This document shows, piece after piece, positions 40,414-54,711 of a stretch of DNA of 64,000 nt. Below the pieces are notes generated by a model. It searched no databases, had not been told where the DNA came from, and saw nothing but the letters and a program-made list of their open reading frames with translations. The stretch's first letter is position 1; every line of letters begins with the position of its first letter. Origin of the DNA: Nymphaea colorata (Eukaryota); the NCBI RefSeq assembly GCF_008831285.2, contig NC_045138.2:40982001-41046000 (forward strand). Reading direction: 5' to 3'. Position numbers and translations under genes: made by a program.

Positions 40414-40565
40414 CCTCCTCCCTCCCTCTCCTTGTCCCTCTGTCTGCTGCGCTGCTGCTTCTACGTGGGTGTGATCGACGACGATGGTGGCGGTGAGAAG
40501 AGCGAGAGAGGGTGACCGGTGACAAGAAATAGGGAAAGCGTGGGGATCCTACTGCCTCCCCTCCG

Positions 40566-40574
40566 TTATATATA
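40566..40574 (-). promoter_or_regulatory. Probable TATA box of TFIIB
   Basis: TATATATAA on the minus strand ~155 nt upstream of the ATG, followed by a CT-rich leader. Confidence 0.5.
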
Positions 40575-40959
40575 TTCCTCTACCACCACAGCCAACCGTC
40601 CTCCAGACAAACGGGTCCGTTCGGATCAGATAAAATTAGATCCGGATAATGTAGGAAGGCTCCGAATCACAAGCAGGAGGCCGGCAGCCTTGCAGAGTCA
40701 ACGCCTTTCGGATCTGATCCAATGTTTCGATTAAAGTCCGATCTTATTGCTCGGATTCAAGGAACAAAAAAGAAAAGCATTTAGAAATTTTAAAATCAAA
40801 ATGTTTATTCTTTTAGAAATTGGAACTATTAAACAAGCATTGTTTTAGAATTAGTAAACAAAAACATACATGAAATTTTGATTTCATTCCAGTTTAAGAA
40901 ACAATTATGATTCTGAAATTTTCATTCTTGAATCAAAATTTCAAACCTTATTACATAAT

Positions 40960-41304
40960 CTCGAGAGTGGATATAAGAAATGACATCAATCATATTGAGA
41001 TCAAATTTAATAAAAATTTGACTGGATTCGGGTTCAGACTTTGATAGATAACTTTAAATAAATATTCTCTAGCAATATGGTTTGAATGCAGTTAAAAGTC
41101 GTACTTAGGTTCAAATTCAGATGTTAATTTAAATCAAATTTGGATATAATTTAGATTATGAATTGAGAATTCATATTCAGATATAGTATAAGATTTTTTT
41201 TCATCCAAATTCTAATATGAATTCAAATCTGAAGGTATAGATATATGAAAAATGGATATGATAAAGTAAACCTTATATTTGAATCGGATCTATTGACATC
41301 CCTA
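40960..41304. mobile_element. Truncated hAT-like MITE (TAGGGATG family) upstream of TFIIB
   Basis: Right TIR ATCGGATCTATTGACATCCCTA ends at 41304, with family subrepeats; left end not found, so the start is approximate. Confidence 0.5.
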
Positions 41305-42209
41305 ATTCCAACATGAAGAATAATTATAAGAAGAACTTTGTGAATATAGTTTTTATGATTGTAAATAATTCTCCGATAATAAATTTCTCTTTGTTATTTG
41401 AATCGGTGGTATTCTTCTCTCTCTCACAAATGACTGCCCTTGTCGTTTTTAATAAGAACATTTATAATTCCTCGCTTGATTGAAAAAAAAAGGGTATATT
41501 TTCACTGGTAGGATGAGGTTAGGTGGACGCTTAGTTCATTCACAAAACTGAGGAATGATCTATAACATATTTATAGTTAAAAAAGAAATAAAAATAAAGC
41601 TGCCAATTTGATATTTTATCTTTTCTGTATGCCATTTTTTTATCAGGAAAGATTTTTCCTAAAAATGACATTTTCAATTCATCTTTCTTCCACCGCTTCT
41701 TTTTTCAGCTTGTATTTATTTAGATTATAAAAATCCTTTTTCATTTTCCCAATTTCTATTTATTCTAAAAATTCCAAAGAATAGCTTGAATTATAGCAAA
41801 GAAAAATATTAAAGGGTAAGTAGGGAAATAAGATGCTTATAATTAATATCCACATAAAATCAGTGCCATAAAAATCAGGCACCCAAAAAAATGCGCGACG
41901 TGTTATACAGTTTTATTTATTATTTTAATTATTTTAATATTTTGGGATTTTTATTTTCGTTATTTTTTATAAAAAATTTAATATAACACTATCTTTTCCA
42001 ATTTAATTAGCAGTTTGGTGCACTGGATTCAATTTCTAATGTCTTACAATTGTACATTTCCAAAACATATTCAAGTGAAATTTTCTTGAAAATATTGCAC
42101 CAAATGAAAGGGTCTTGACGGAAAGGAAGAACATATTATTCTTAAAACATGCGTTTTTAGAGTACATATTCTAAATATCATGCTCTTGTTAACTGCACAC
42201 TCAGTACTG

Positions 42210-42358
42210 CAATATTTCTTTGTTTTTATATTGGCATCTTCAATGATTTGCTTATTTATATACATTGGTGGTTTTAAGAACAGATTTTTGACAATATTTC
42301 TTTATTTTTATATTAGCATTTTTAATGATTTGCTTATTTATATATCTTGGTGGTTTTA
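42210..42358. repeat. Two-copy tandem repeat, ~82-bp period
   Basis: CAATATTTCTTT.TTTTTATATT.GCAT.TT.AATGATTTGCTTATTTATATA..TTGGTGGTTTTA occurs twice. Confidence 0.85.
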
Positions 42359-45147
42359 TGGACAGATTTTCAATGCAAGAACTTTCTAAAGCTCTGCTAC
42401 TGTGTTTATTGTTTACTTTTAGATTAGCATCTCTCAAAATTTTCCCTTTTCAAGCTACCAAACAACTTACAATTTTTTCAGTGACCCTGTTATGAGTGTT
42501 TAAGTCGACGGGGTCTCCTCCTCTGCCAACTTTTTTTCAAAAAAATAAAAATGTTAAACCCTTTTAATTTAAGGTGGGATGAGCAGTAGGCCAATAAACA
42601 GTAAAAAATAAAATGTAAAAATTTAATTTTTGAGCCAATTTTGCTAATAATTTTAAAAAATCATGCTTTGGTATGAACTACAAGTTCCAAACTCTAAAGG
42701 GATCAAATATAGTCATTAAAAAAAAAAAGGTTGTCTCCAAGGAGAGAAAGTTAGGTGTGCCGGGCGCACTGTGTGTGCAGTAAAGGAGGGAAGGATATTT
42801 TGGTAATTTATTTAAAAAGTTCTTCATAGTTTTTTTGTTTAAAATTTTGTTTTGTTTTCCATTTTGTCTTTACAAAAAGTTTTTTTCTAATGTATTTTAG
42901 TTATTAACCATACTGGTCAGGGGTGGGCATCGGCCTGACAAGAACCGGACTCGGACCAGGTTTTTCGAGCTTAAACCTGGGCCCGTACGGAGCCCCCACT
43001 GGCAGCCCAGCCCAGCGCCCACTCTTAATATTGGCGCACAAAAAATCATGTACCAGTATGGTGTATATAACCAGGTTCGGTCTCCAAAAGCATAGTGTAG
43101 CTGGTTGAGTTGACGAGTGTACATCATCGTGAGCATTGTTCTCATGGGTCTTATTAAATGGGGCGCGACACCAAGCTGAAGGTGTCTGTCCTTAACTCAT
43201 ATCTTGATGCCATAGATCACATACTGAACCTCATCTGTCCGATCTTTTATCTGAAGTTTGTTTCATTTCACTTTCTCACATGTTGAAAATGAAACAAGTG
43301 AACAAATTGTCTTATCCTACAAATCCTAAGCCCCATTGCTTTTGTATAGTCAAGCTCCACCTTCCTCACCAAACTTTGACTGAGAACACCAACTTTGACC
43401 TCTCATGAGATTATTTACTAGAATGATTTGAATGGAAAATAGAGAAGAATATTTTTTTTAGGAATGGTCAACCTGATGTCAAATCTATTGTAGAATAGTC
43501 GTTTGCCTTTTAAATACTCCTTCCAATGCCAACCTCATGGAACAGTAGGGTTATTGCATTGCCTGAATGAGAGCCGAAGCTCTTCCTTTTCTCCTTGCCT
43601 CCAAGATCGAGAGCTGCGTTGGTACAGGGCGGTGAGATCGCCATGAAATAGAAGTATTCCTGGTTGATGGCATATTTGGATTTGTTGTTGGAGGGATGTC
43701 TATGATAGTTTTCTATCCGTTTGTTAATCTTTGCAAAATGGTTCAAAGAAATTAAATGAAAGCATCTGCTTACCATGGATTTTAGATCCGCGGGCTACTT
43801 TAAACCTACATAGTTCTCGCAAATTTTGAGTTTCATAGTAGTAAATTTACATCTTCGATTGATCTCAAACAAGGGATCGAGCAGATTTATGAACTTTAAG
43901 AGGGAAATGTTACAAACTTTCATACAAAGGATTTCAAATCCCTGCTAGAAATCAAGGGAATTGAAATCTCGGGACTAAGCAGCTAAGATCATCTTAAATC
44001 ACCAGGAATCTTAAATATGTGACCGTCAAATCTTATTCATAGTAAGGGCCATGTCATGAGCGCAGAGTTAATTTGCTTTGAAAGCTTGTAAGTATTTCAT
44101 GCAAACCAATTTCTGTCACATTTAGAATGTCTCTGAATCTTGGTGGAAATGTTCAATCTAACATCTCCCATATTTTAAAAGAGTTCGAACACAAAAAATA
44201 AGCGCAAGTCGAAGAACAGAACAAGCATACATCTAGTTCATAACCTTCCAATGAAAACTGAAGCGGATCAAAGGTCCGCGCCCCTTCCTTGGTATGTTGA
44301 TAATAGTTATTCGAAGGAGGAGTTGAAATCCTTCTGCTATTTTGAGTTCTTAAGAGTAAAACGGGCGTAGCGCCCACTTGAAATGAACCGCCCTTGAGCC
44401 TGGTGAGCCCAAGGTGGGGACCTCGTTCGGATAACCGCCCGAATAGACCTGAGTGGCCAAGCAATTTGCTTAGGATTTAGGGTCCTAGGTTGCCCCCAAG
44501 GGCCTTGGAAATGAGATCCACTATAAGTTTGGTTTCATTCAACTCGGCGAACCCTACAACTAGCTCAGGACGACCTTAAGACTTATCCGTTTCAAGCACG
44601 CACTCAGACCATATTGCTCCTTCCACTCCTCCCACTGCAACCTGCTTGAGTGATGCCTTAACCTCCTTGGGGTCTTCTGGTGTAATTTGAAGAGACTGAG
44701 CCCACATATCTGAGGCTCGGCGCATCAAATCACAACGGCTTGATGCAATGCATGGATATGATTAAACACACTGCGTCGATGCATTGCTCTTAAAGCCATC
44801 CAAGAATTTTCAAAGGAGTTCGCTAGTTTTAAGTTGTATTTTTTACGTTCATCATTTTCATTTTGAACTTCTCATATTCACATGCTTTGTGTTTTGAACA
44901 CATACATTCGTTTGTCCAACAATGCCACGATGTACTTTCACTTTCATTTATACACTTCCAAGTGTATCCTTTCACTTTCAACTATACAATAATACATTGA
45001 ATTTTCCCCGCAGCCTTTGCACCGGAACAATACATCGACTTTTTTCAGAAAACTATACTTTCACTTTCAACCATCACATAATACAAAGACGACGGGTTTT
45101 CCATGATTAACTACAAGAGTTTCCTTATAAAATCTGGCGATAAAAAT

Positions 45148-45606
45148 TAGAGATGTCAATTGTTGAGACCAATTGCTTCAGAAAAGTCGGATGTGAAAAA
45201 AAATTCAACATCTCATAAAGAAATAAGATGGGATTCAGATCTATGAAATGGAATCTAATCACATTCAGATCCACATTCAGTTCTTAAATATACGCGTGAT
45301 TTGATTTAGATTTGAGGTCTGATTTTAGTTTTAAAAAAATGTCTTCTATATGTCTAATATCCATACATTTTGAGAAGTTAATTTTTAATTAACATAACAT
45401 ACTGTAATTTGGGTTCTGATCTACATTTAAGAGTCAAATTTGGATTCAAATGTCAATTCAAAAGTCAGATTTGAATATGATTTAGACTGTGAATTTGAGA
45501 ATTGTATTTGGATATAATGTAAACTTTTATTGTTCCTATTCGAATCAAATATTTGAATATCTGCTAAACCAGATCTGCCTAAAGGTAAACCCGATTCACA
45601 TCCCTT
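45148..45606. mobile_element. Degenerate hAT-like MITE (TAGGGATG family)
   Basis: TAGAGATGTCAAT...GATTCACATCCCTT with TTCAGAT/TTTGAAT subrepeats; no TSD recognisable. Confidence 0.55.
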
Positions 45607-47390
45607 CCAATGACAATCCAAACCAAATGCAATGTTCATGCCGAAAGACCAGCAACATGATGCAGAAACTGTCTTAAATTAATTTTAATATTTTTATTGG
45701 TTTTAATTTTTCTGATCAGATTGTTGTTAATATCAAGACCAGAAAACCCTTTTTATTTATTAAAAGTTTAAAAACTTCATGTCCTTTTACCTAAAAAAAA
45801 AAGTTTGAACCAATTTGCAGCTCGAACCCAAGGTGTTCTTCTATGAATCCATGGCTTGCAGATCTAAAAGCGCATATAAAACAATCTCTCTCTCTGTTCC
45901 ATAAATTTATGCAAATTGAAATTTATTCATAAAGTTGATAAAATGGGGGGTGAAAGCAAGAAGAAAAAGAAAAGAATCAAGCAGTTCTTTATAAACTTCA
46001 CCGACGGACTTGAATTCACTTTGTGGCTGATCCAGATCCAACAGTTATTTAGGTAAACAACCCACAATAAAAGTAGTAGTTATGAACACTGCAGCCTATT
46101 TCCAAACCAAATCTTTTAAAAAATTTGATCCGCCAACAATTATTGCCCCATGTTCAACCCAATTAGGTTGGATTTGGTACTTCCCTCATGAATGAGCATA
46201 ACTCCGACCCATTAACATCTCTACCTCCAACAATGGAATTTGCACAAGTTGGGTCAAGTGGTACCGATGCCAATGCAATGGATATGGGTTCGATGTCAGA
46301 CCAACCAGAACCAGTTCGTTTGAGATCTGTAAAACGGTTTTTTTTTTAATATATATATATAAATTTTTATGGTTTGGTTCTGAAGAAATTGAACAGAAGA
46401 TCCAGATCTTGTCACTTAAACCAACCAGCTGCACGAAACACTTCTCGGATGCTTAGCCTTTATATATAAGTTCACTTAATTACATTTATATTCTCTCCAC
46501 ATATTCCAAGAGCTTCAGAAAAGTAATGTAAATGATCTTCAGTTTGGCCGTCCAAAAATGGGCCTCTCCTTGGCTGTCTAACATAGTAGGTTTTACATTT
46601 TGGATCTAACCATTTAGATAATCTTTTAATGTAAAACAAAAATGTACAGTAACAATTGAATTAAAGCTTTCAAATGTATCAGTTCGGATTTTATGACTCG
46701 AAAAGCCAAAGACAACTAATGTTCAACCCTCACAATATTAGTTGCACATATTGAATGTTGGTGCTTTTTCTTAAGCTTACAGTTTTGAATTGGCCGATGT
46801 TCATTAAAAGGCCAATCTATGGCATATATATATATATATATAGACACACACACACACAAAATGGAGACTTTGGGCTTACAGAGTCATCCAACCATTTGAT
46901 TACGACCCTCATATTCATTATTATTGACAGTTAACAAAAAAACAATGAGAAAAAGTAATAGACATTTTGGTTATTTGATATTAGTTCACATATTTTTTTT
47001 TCTTAATCATCTATCTGTTTCAAAACTCTTGTTAGATGATTGGGTGACTCTACATAACCAAAGTCATCATTCAATTCTGATATATTCCTCTTACATAATG
47101 ATTAACTTATTATATGTTTACCATCAACTTATTCTTGATATCATATTTGTTAGATTAGCTTGCCAAAAAAAAAAAAAAACACTTAATCGTTGCATTTAAG
47201 CTGTCTAATTTTGTCCCTGACTTAGTGGTCTGGGACCTATCAATTACTAAGCTATTTGTTAATTATTCTCAAATTGAAATTGGTGCTTGATTACTACTTT
47301 TGGCTTATGGAGGAAATTGTCCTGCAGGAGATTCCCTCTAGTTTTAACTACCCTTTTGCTTTCTCTCTTCTTCCATCACCTTGGGTTCAT

Positions 47391-47510
47391 AAAACAAGTA
47401 AATTTTAAGCACAAAAGCCATCGGTAATTCACTTTTGGAAGCTCACAGTAAAAAACAAGCAAATGTTAAGTTCAAAAGCCATCGAGAATTCACTTTTGGA
47501 AGTTCACAGT
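47391..47510. repeat. Two-copy 60-bp tandem repeat
   Basis: AAAACAAG.AAAT.TTAAG..CAAAAGCCATCG..AATTCACTTTTGGAAG.TCACAGT occurs twice. Confidence 0.85.
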
Positions 47511-49304
47511 CAAGTTCAAAGTTAAAGTACCGAAGCTTTCCTCCCTCAGTATTTACACCATGCACGGTTCTATAATGCAGAAGAGCATATGCCCAAACCC
47601 CATCAAATAATTCTCTCTATTTTGAAAGCTTCTGCAACATGCTTTTGCGTACTTCTCAAGTATCACGGCGACTCTTAGGCTTTACTCGTCCCCAAGCAAT
47701 TGGTACAGTAGATGGACGTCACGGGGCCATGCATCTTCTGAACATATATGTTTCAATAATGAACACAGATGAAGTGAGAATATATGTGAACAGAAGCATC
47801 TGAGAGGGTGACATGAGCAACTGGGCAGTGTCCGAACAAGAATGGAGGACGCAGAGAAGCGGACAGTGAAGAAGAAACGAAATCAAAAGGTTGTCATGTC
47901 TTGGAGGCACATGACATGGTAGTCTGCCTGTTGCCCCACTTGGCTCAGGTGCTTTCATCTTGATCTGCTCAGCTTCACGTTCCATGATGAACTCCCCAAT
48001 GGACTTAGATCCCCAAAGTGTTCGTATTTCTGCAGTCCCTGATTCTATCTAGATCTGCCGACGTATCCCTACGAATTAAGATATACATATGCGGATACGC
48101 ATGCCGAGCCCACCTTCTCGAGGGGGGCAGCTGACCACAGGAGCCATGGCACCCCAGGATTTTGAAAAAGAATGAAGTACATGACATAGTTCTTAAAATT
48201 GGTATAGTACATGTTGAATGTATATGGATTGAAATAATGTATGGGCTACTGTCTATTCTCTACTGCATAAAATCTGATAGATGTGAGCTTAAGAATGGTA
48301 GATGAAAACAAGATGCAGACATTTGAATTTGTAGTACACTCGAGCTGCCCATGCCTTGTTTTCATCTCCCAGCCTTGAAATGAGGAGTAATTCATGTGTT
48401 CTTCGTTAAGTTCAAATTCTTGCACCTTTTTTTCATATTTCTCACTGTTGATGAGAAATATGAAAAAAGATGTGTGTGAGGAGCTCACGTCCTTTCCTGA
48501 TATATATATAGTTCCATTTTAGTTGTTACTTTATCCATTCGATATACTAAAGTTTAATTTCTAAAATAGAAAGGATTAACTGATAATCATCAAATTCTAA
48601 TATATATTTAGAAGCATAACATACAGATTGAGAAAGAATGAAGTGCCTCTCTCTCTCTCTCTCTTGCTCGCTCGCTCTCTCTTTTATATATTATTCGTAT
48701 AGGCAAACAGTGTTTTCTTAGAGAAACTTTGAAATTAAGTTACTTGAGGCCCACCAGATTAAGTAGCAAAATTTAATTAAATTTTAGCGAACCTTCCAAG
48801 CACCTCAACTTAACCTTCTTCGTCTTTTTCCGTTGCAAGATTAGAGAGAGAGTGAGTTTAAAAAGATCTCGCAGGCCATTTTGATATTTTCCTTGCTTGA
48901 GACACAAAAGTATTGTTACCGCTGTCCTTTTCATGATGGTTTAGTAAGATCACGAAGAAGGAACCTTTTTGTATGATGAGATATCGCCATTGTTTTGTTG
49001 CAGACATCGAATAGGGATCCAGTAGCATGCAGCTATGCTTCTCATCATCATCATCATAAGAAGACCAAGTTATGAATTTTAATTTTGACCAAAAAGCTAT
49101 ATCTTCAATTTCACTTATCTATCAATCTTAATTAAATCAATTGTTAAGATGATTCTTGATGATCTTAGCACACACATTAAGTTGATTCTTGATGACCTTA
49201 GCACACACACACATATATAGAATTTCTGGACTCTTTCATCTCACAACATGCCGCCCTATGCATTACATTGAGCTGCATGCATCAGGCTTCATGTTGTAAG
49301 AGGC

Positions 49305-49432
<128 letters not shown>

Positions 49433-49884
49433 TTGGATTCATACCTGCGTAAATGCTGTGTTCAATTTGAATTTTGGTTGCCGGTGGGAATGCGATCACA
49501 TTTTGTTACTGAGCCCAATAACCAATGGCATTTGGATTCAGATTTATATCGCAAGTATTGTCAGATTCATTGACACTACTAATTTACTAGCAAAACTAGA
49601 ATGAGGGCGCTGGGGAAGTCAAGTAAAGAACCTTCATTACATTATAATATATATTTTTTCATTTAAGACATTTAAACATGTTAAGTAACTACTACGTAAA
49701 GCATTATGCTAATGTACGATTATAAACCATGAAATAATGCTTAGTTTCGCATGCCATGTTCCTTTTGCATATCAAGACACTAAAAGCCGTACTTTTCTCA
49801 ATATCGAATCTTGGAAAAGAGCACAACGTGTGAAGGTTTTCCTGAATTTGGTTAAGATAAACTATTCATTACCTTCATATCAAC

Positions 49885-49915
<31 letters not shown>

Positions 49916-50087
49916 CTTGACGGGATTTCCAATGCATACGACTTGCATCATATCTTGGTACAGGTGAGTAAACAAATTTAGATAATTGGTACATGGATCT
50001 TGTCTTTTTTGGCTGTACGAAATCCAAATTACAATTTTGTTGTCTATATCCGTTTCGCTGATGCAAGTCTAACCGTTTACACCTGTA

Positions 50088-50350
50088 GAGCGCGTTTGAT
50101 TGGGGTGAGTGATTCAAGAGTACATTTTGGGGCATTTCATTTCAAAATGTATACTTCATGAAATATGCTTCTGATTCCACGAATTAAAATTGAGTCTCTG
50201 TGTTTTAAGACAAACTTGTGCCTAATGTCCCAAGTTTACGCATAGAACTATCACGTTACTACACCTCCGATTGGAGTAAGGGTCATAGACGCATCTCATA
50301 TTTGAGATAGGGTGTCCCGGACGCCCTTATTCCAGGCATCAAACTCGCCC
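50088..50350. mobile_element. Tourist-like MITE
   Basis: GAGCGCGTTTGAT...ATCAAACTCGCCC|TTA termini. Confidence 0.5.
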
Positions 50351-50362
50351 TTAGCACTACGT

Positions 50363-50873
50363 TAGGTCTCGCACACGAGCCGAGTCGAGCTGGAGCTGGC
50401 CCGAGCTTGGCCAGCTCCAGCTCGACTCGGCTCAAAAAATTCGAGCTCGAGTTTGGCTCGAACTCGAGTCAAGCTCCTTGTAGCAAGTTCGAGCTTGACT
50501 CGGCTACACAAAATCGAGTTTGAACTCGACTCGTTTAACCCATTTAACTCGTTTAGGCATCAATTGGTTTAAAGTTAACTCGTGTAAGTATTAACTTGTT
50601 TAACTCGTGTAAGTGTTAACTCATGTAACTAGTTTAACTTGTGTAACTTGTGAAAATTTGTTTTTATTTTAAAAGTGAAAACCGGTGAACCAGTTTTGTC
50701 AATATTATATAGAGTACTGGTTTGCGATTTGCGTCAAGTATAAACGAGTCGAGTTTCTGAAACTCGAACTGGAAACATTTATCGTTTCGAGTATCTTTTG
50801 AAGTTTGAACACGGCTCGTTTATAAACTAATCGAGCATGAGCCCGAGTTGTCTCCGCTAGTTGTGCAGCCTTA
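50363..50873. mobile_element. Non-autonomous DNA transposon rich in GAGCC/CTCGA subrepeats (hAT-like termini)
   Basis: Imperfect TIRs TAGGTCTCGCACA...TGTGCAGCCTTA, dense CGAGC/GCTCG and GTTAACTCGT repeats, and a perfect 25-bp internal hairpin; no TSD found. Confidence 0.65.
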
Positions 50874-50888
50874 CTAGCCATGGAACTA

Positions 50889-51150
50889 TGTGGCTACTGA
50901 GACAAATGTAGGATAAGTTTCTAACTGGGTTGTTTTGGCTTGTGCTCTATAACCTCACGAGGGCACAGTATTGGCTTGTATTTTGTATTTTTCTATGATA
51001 GTGAAAACTGCTCTGTGTGGCGGTCGTGAACGTAAGTGAATGTTGTCTCTGAACCACATAAATATTTGTGTATTCTTTCTCTCTTTCTTTTCTTCTCATT
51101 TTTATTCTCTTGACGCATTAAGAGAGTGTGAGGGAGCCTAGTTCCTAACA
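50889..51150 (+). mobile_element. Probable solo-LTR remnant (Copia-type 3' LTR portion)
   Basis: ATAGTGAAA..GTGAACGTAAG..TGAACCACATAAATATTTGTGT, then a T-rich tract and ..CCTAACA, resembles the R/U5 part of plant Copia LTRs. No TSD; 5' boundary uncertain. Confidence 0.4.
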
Positions 51151-51298
51151 ACATTGTCCCTTATCAGGTGATGTGGGTCCTATCTGAGCCAGACCCGTTC
51201 CGTCTTTGTTAGCCCTTAGGGTTGATGATGGCCCCAATAAATCATGAGTTAAGAGACCTGTTCCAGTTTTTCTGGTTAAGCAATCTGTTTGATATGAA

Positions 51299-51362
<64 letters not shown>

Positions 51363-54189
51363 TGATGGGTAGCATGACAGGTTGGGCTAATATGGATGGG
51401 TCATATTTTCTCTCTCTAAAATTTAATGTGAGGCAACTGAGCAAAATTAACAGTAGGAGGGAGAAGAAGCTATTATTATGCTTTGGAAATTAAGAATGTG
51501 AAGGGAAACAATAAGTGGATCATCTAACCTGCTTCAACTTATGACTACCAAATAAAACCAGTAGAAGTTCCAACCAGATATAAATGGCAGATCAATGGGG
51601 CAAACCCATTCAGTGGTCTGGTCCTTATAAAAGCGTTCCAGTTGTTGAAGAAAGAAAACAATGGCACGCCCTATAGCTTTAAACCAGATATCTTTACATT
51701 ACTATATCTAGAAAAAGTAAAAGCTGGATCAGAAGAATTTTGGGATTTTACTCTCTTGGCAGACTTCAAATCAACTGCATCTAAAAGTTTCACGTTTCGA
51801 GCCTGTTTTCGATTCAACAGGCATTTTAAAATTTAAAGTTTCATGGAATATCAAATTGTGACAGGTCTGCTTACCAGGAAAAAGTTCTTCAAAATTCTTC
51901 GAACTCAGTGTTCAATCCTGGCCTGGGGTTCCTTTAGCTTGAAGGTGTCGAGTCCTTCTTCAGCAGGCATACGGAACACTGTACAGAGTGTCAAGGCTAT
52001 AGAACAAAACTGAATCATGGTCTGCTCTGATCCATTATCAATGTGCTTTGCAGATAAGCCTGCAGGCTATTGAACAAAGTTGAACCTTGGCCTGTTTTGG
52101 TTCCCGCTTACGTTCTACATCGATCTACAAAGTTTTGTCATTCAAACCAGCCAACTGGTTTGATCTCTCTCTCTCTCTCTCTCTCTCTAGACCTCTCTTG
52201 AAAACAAATGGTTAAACACATCATACGAATGCATTCTACTTAATCATTTTTTTGTTGTAATTCATCATTTTTCACCGGAATGCATTCTACTAAGTACATG
52301 GTTTCTTTAGTAAAACATACATAGTTGATCGAGTGGGAGTTCGTGACGATCTCATATTGTCAATTTGATTCTCGTAAGCACTATGCTCTTAAACCATTTG
52401 GGTGGAGTTAGCAACAAAACTGGCGATGCACATCATTCCTTTATAAATTTGTAAAGTTTTGAACTTTAAAGACACACCCATGTAACATATTATAGAAAAA
52501 GATTGCAAAAACTATATGATTATGTATCCATCATTTTACAATCGTAGAGTCTCTAAAATGAAACTGATATAATATGATGATAAGACGTCTAGATATACAT
52601 AAGGCTTGCAAGGTTAGGTGTAAAATCTATTGACTTGGGGTGATCGGAAGCCACCCAAAGAAGGATTGAAGCTCTTACCCTAGGATCCAGAGCTTTTTTT
52701 AGACCTGGGTGGATCTTATGATATGTTCATCAATGAAGTGTCACAATGTCACCATTCGCTCATAAGAATTGATCTGATGACCGAGTTCTCACCGGCCTAC
52801 CAGTACGCCCACCTATGGTATGCCTCTTGAGGCCTCAAATTGATTGATTGACTTGTGTGTGTCTATATATTAAGCAAATGGGATCTCTAAATTGTGTAAA
52901 CTATTTGATAGTGTAGTTTTTTGATATTATGTACAAAGAAAATGTATAACCAAGGCATTTCCAACCCAAAAGAAAAACCTTTTTCTATTTACTATTGTTT
53001 TCTAAATACTTGCTTTTTGTTTGCTAAAAAGCATCTAGCCAACTTCTTTATTCTGCGTTTTCATATATATACAACGCTATTCAAAAGGGCAAGTAAATTT
53101 ATTTGTAATAGAAAATGCTAGGCATAAGATATTATTAATCCCCATCAATGAAAACGAATGGATGGCAGCCAAATGGATGTTAAAAATTAAGAAAAACAAT
53201 ACGAACATGACTATATATGCCGTTTCAGAGAGCGTCCCCTTCGCCCTTCAACTCATTCACACTCCAAAAGTCGACCGATGCGCCGTAAAATTTCAAAGGC
53301 CCTCTGACCCAAGTTGAAAGAAACTTTAACTCGTCACCTAACCCTTGTTGTGGGGGCAACTCCATCTCTCCCACACCTATTTTTAGCTGTTTCCTGCACA
53401 ACAGGTGTTGCACATGAATCCACTACTCACCAAAAGAAGTGACGTTCTTTTCCCACTTTAATGCCACTTTAATTTTAAAGGACTTTGCTGATTATAAAAA
53501 TTTTGGTCTTAATGTAATTAGCAAAAGATGGTGTCGCCCAATTTCCCTGTATATCTAAATACAAACATGCCGTGCACCATTTCTTCTCCTTCTTTTGAGT
53601 TTCCTGAAGATTCAAAAGGTCCTCTTTTAGAAAAGCTAATATGGCTCTTAAAATCATGTTATAATGATGAAATTGGCAAAAGATGAAAGGTGCATCTCCC
53701 ATTGGAATCCCAATTATGTTCCTTGTATCATAAAAGAGTAGGTCATACGGTTTTTCTCGGCAAGTTGAAGCACAATAGAAAGCTTCGACTCTCATTTGGG
53801 CGGTGGAATAACACTCTCACTCGCCTGAAAATTGTGAAAAGATGGTTTTTTCAAATTTCTCTCTGTTTTTAGGTATTGATATTTTATGCACCATGTGTTT
53901 CCTTCTTGTTTATGAAAATATGAAGGTGATGAGGATTGGAGGGTGCTAAAAGGGTGTTTGGAGATTGCATGCATGGGAAGTGTGTTGCCTGCCAGGACAA
54001 GACATGGGTACCCAATAAGGGTAATCCTCTTTACCCAAGGAAGGCCAAAGTGCTTTCAGTTTGAGTCAAGTTAGCAGTAACCCTAGGGCTTGTAGGGCCT
54101 TGTCTAGATTGGCTCACTTGATTTGATCCCTTTGTTGCCTAATACTTAGGCCAGCAGTCACTGGGGTTTTGCAGCATCACTACAACCTA

Positions 54190-54216
54190 GGCCCACATTG
54201 AGACTTAAAAACCCTA
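54190..54216 (+). promoter_or_regulatory. Site II motif (GGCCCA) plus telo-box (AAACCCTA) upstream of the cyclin D gene
   Basis: GGCCCA at 54190-54195 and AAACCCTA at 54209-54216, ~500 nt upstream of the ATG. This pairing is known from promoters active in dividing plant cells. Confidence 0.4.
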
Positions 54217-54711
54217 GCACCCACTGCACCCAGTCAAGATCCAATCAGAGAAGCCCTTTCTGCTAAAAACCCAACATAAGTTGCAGAATTTACAGCAAAA
54301 ATGAGAAGGAACAGGAGAAGCTGAAACAAGGGCATGATGGTCATTTCGGTTTTGGGGACATGTTGGTCTTTTGTGGATTTTGTAAGGGCGGAGAATTCAA
54401 GCACAATCGGTATAATAATATTGTTAATAACAATTGTGAAATGAATAAGAAAACTTAAGAAATCCAGTCCCCCATCGCCTCCCCTTGCCCTAAATACCCC
54501 TTTCCATCCAGGGGGCAGCATTCCTCTCCTCTCCTCTCCTCTCCTCTACAGTGAGAGACCGCCATTAAAGCAGCGAGAAATCTCAATGGTGGGACAAGGA
54601 ATATAGCGAAAACCCGCCTTCTCCAAACCTCAAAAAGGAGAGGAGGAGACCATCCTCGCCCACCACTAGAACCCACAGGGAAAGGAAGGGAAGAAAGGGG
54701 AAGATAAAGAA

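Noticed and set aside
39767..40474. 235-aa + strand ORF antisense to TFIIB exon 1
   Set aside because: Antisense shadow of a GC-rich exon plus a pyrimidine-rich intron; no motif.
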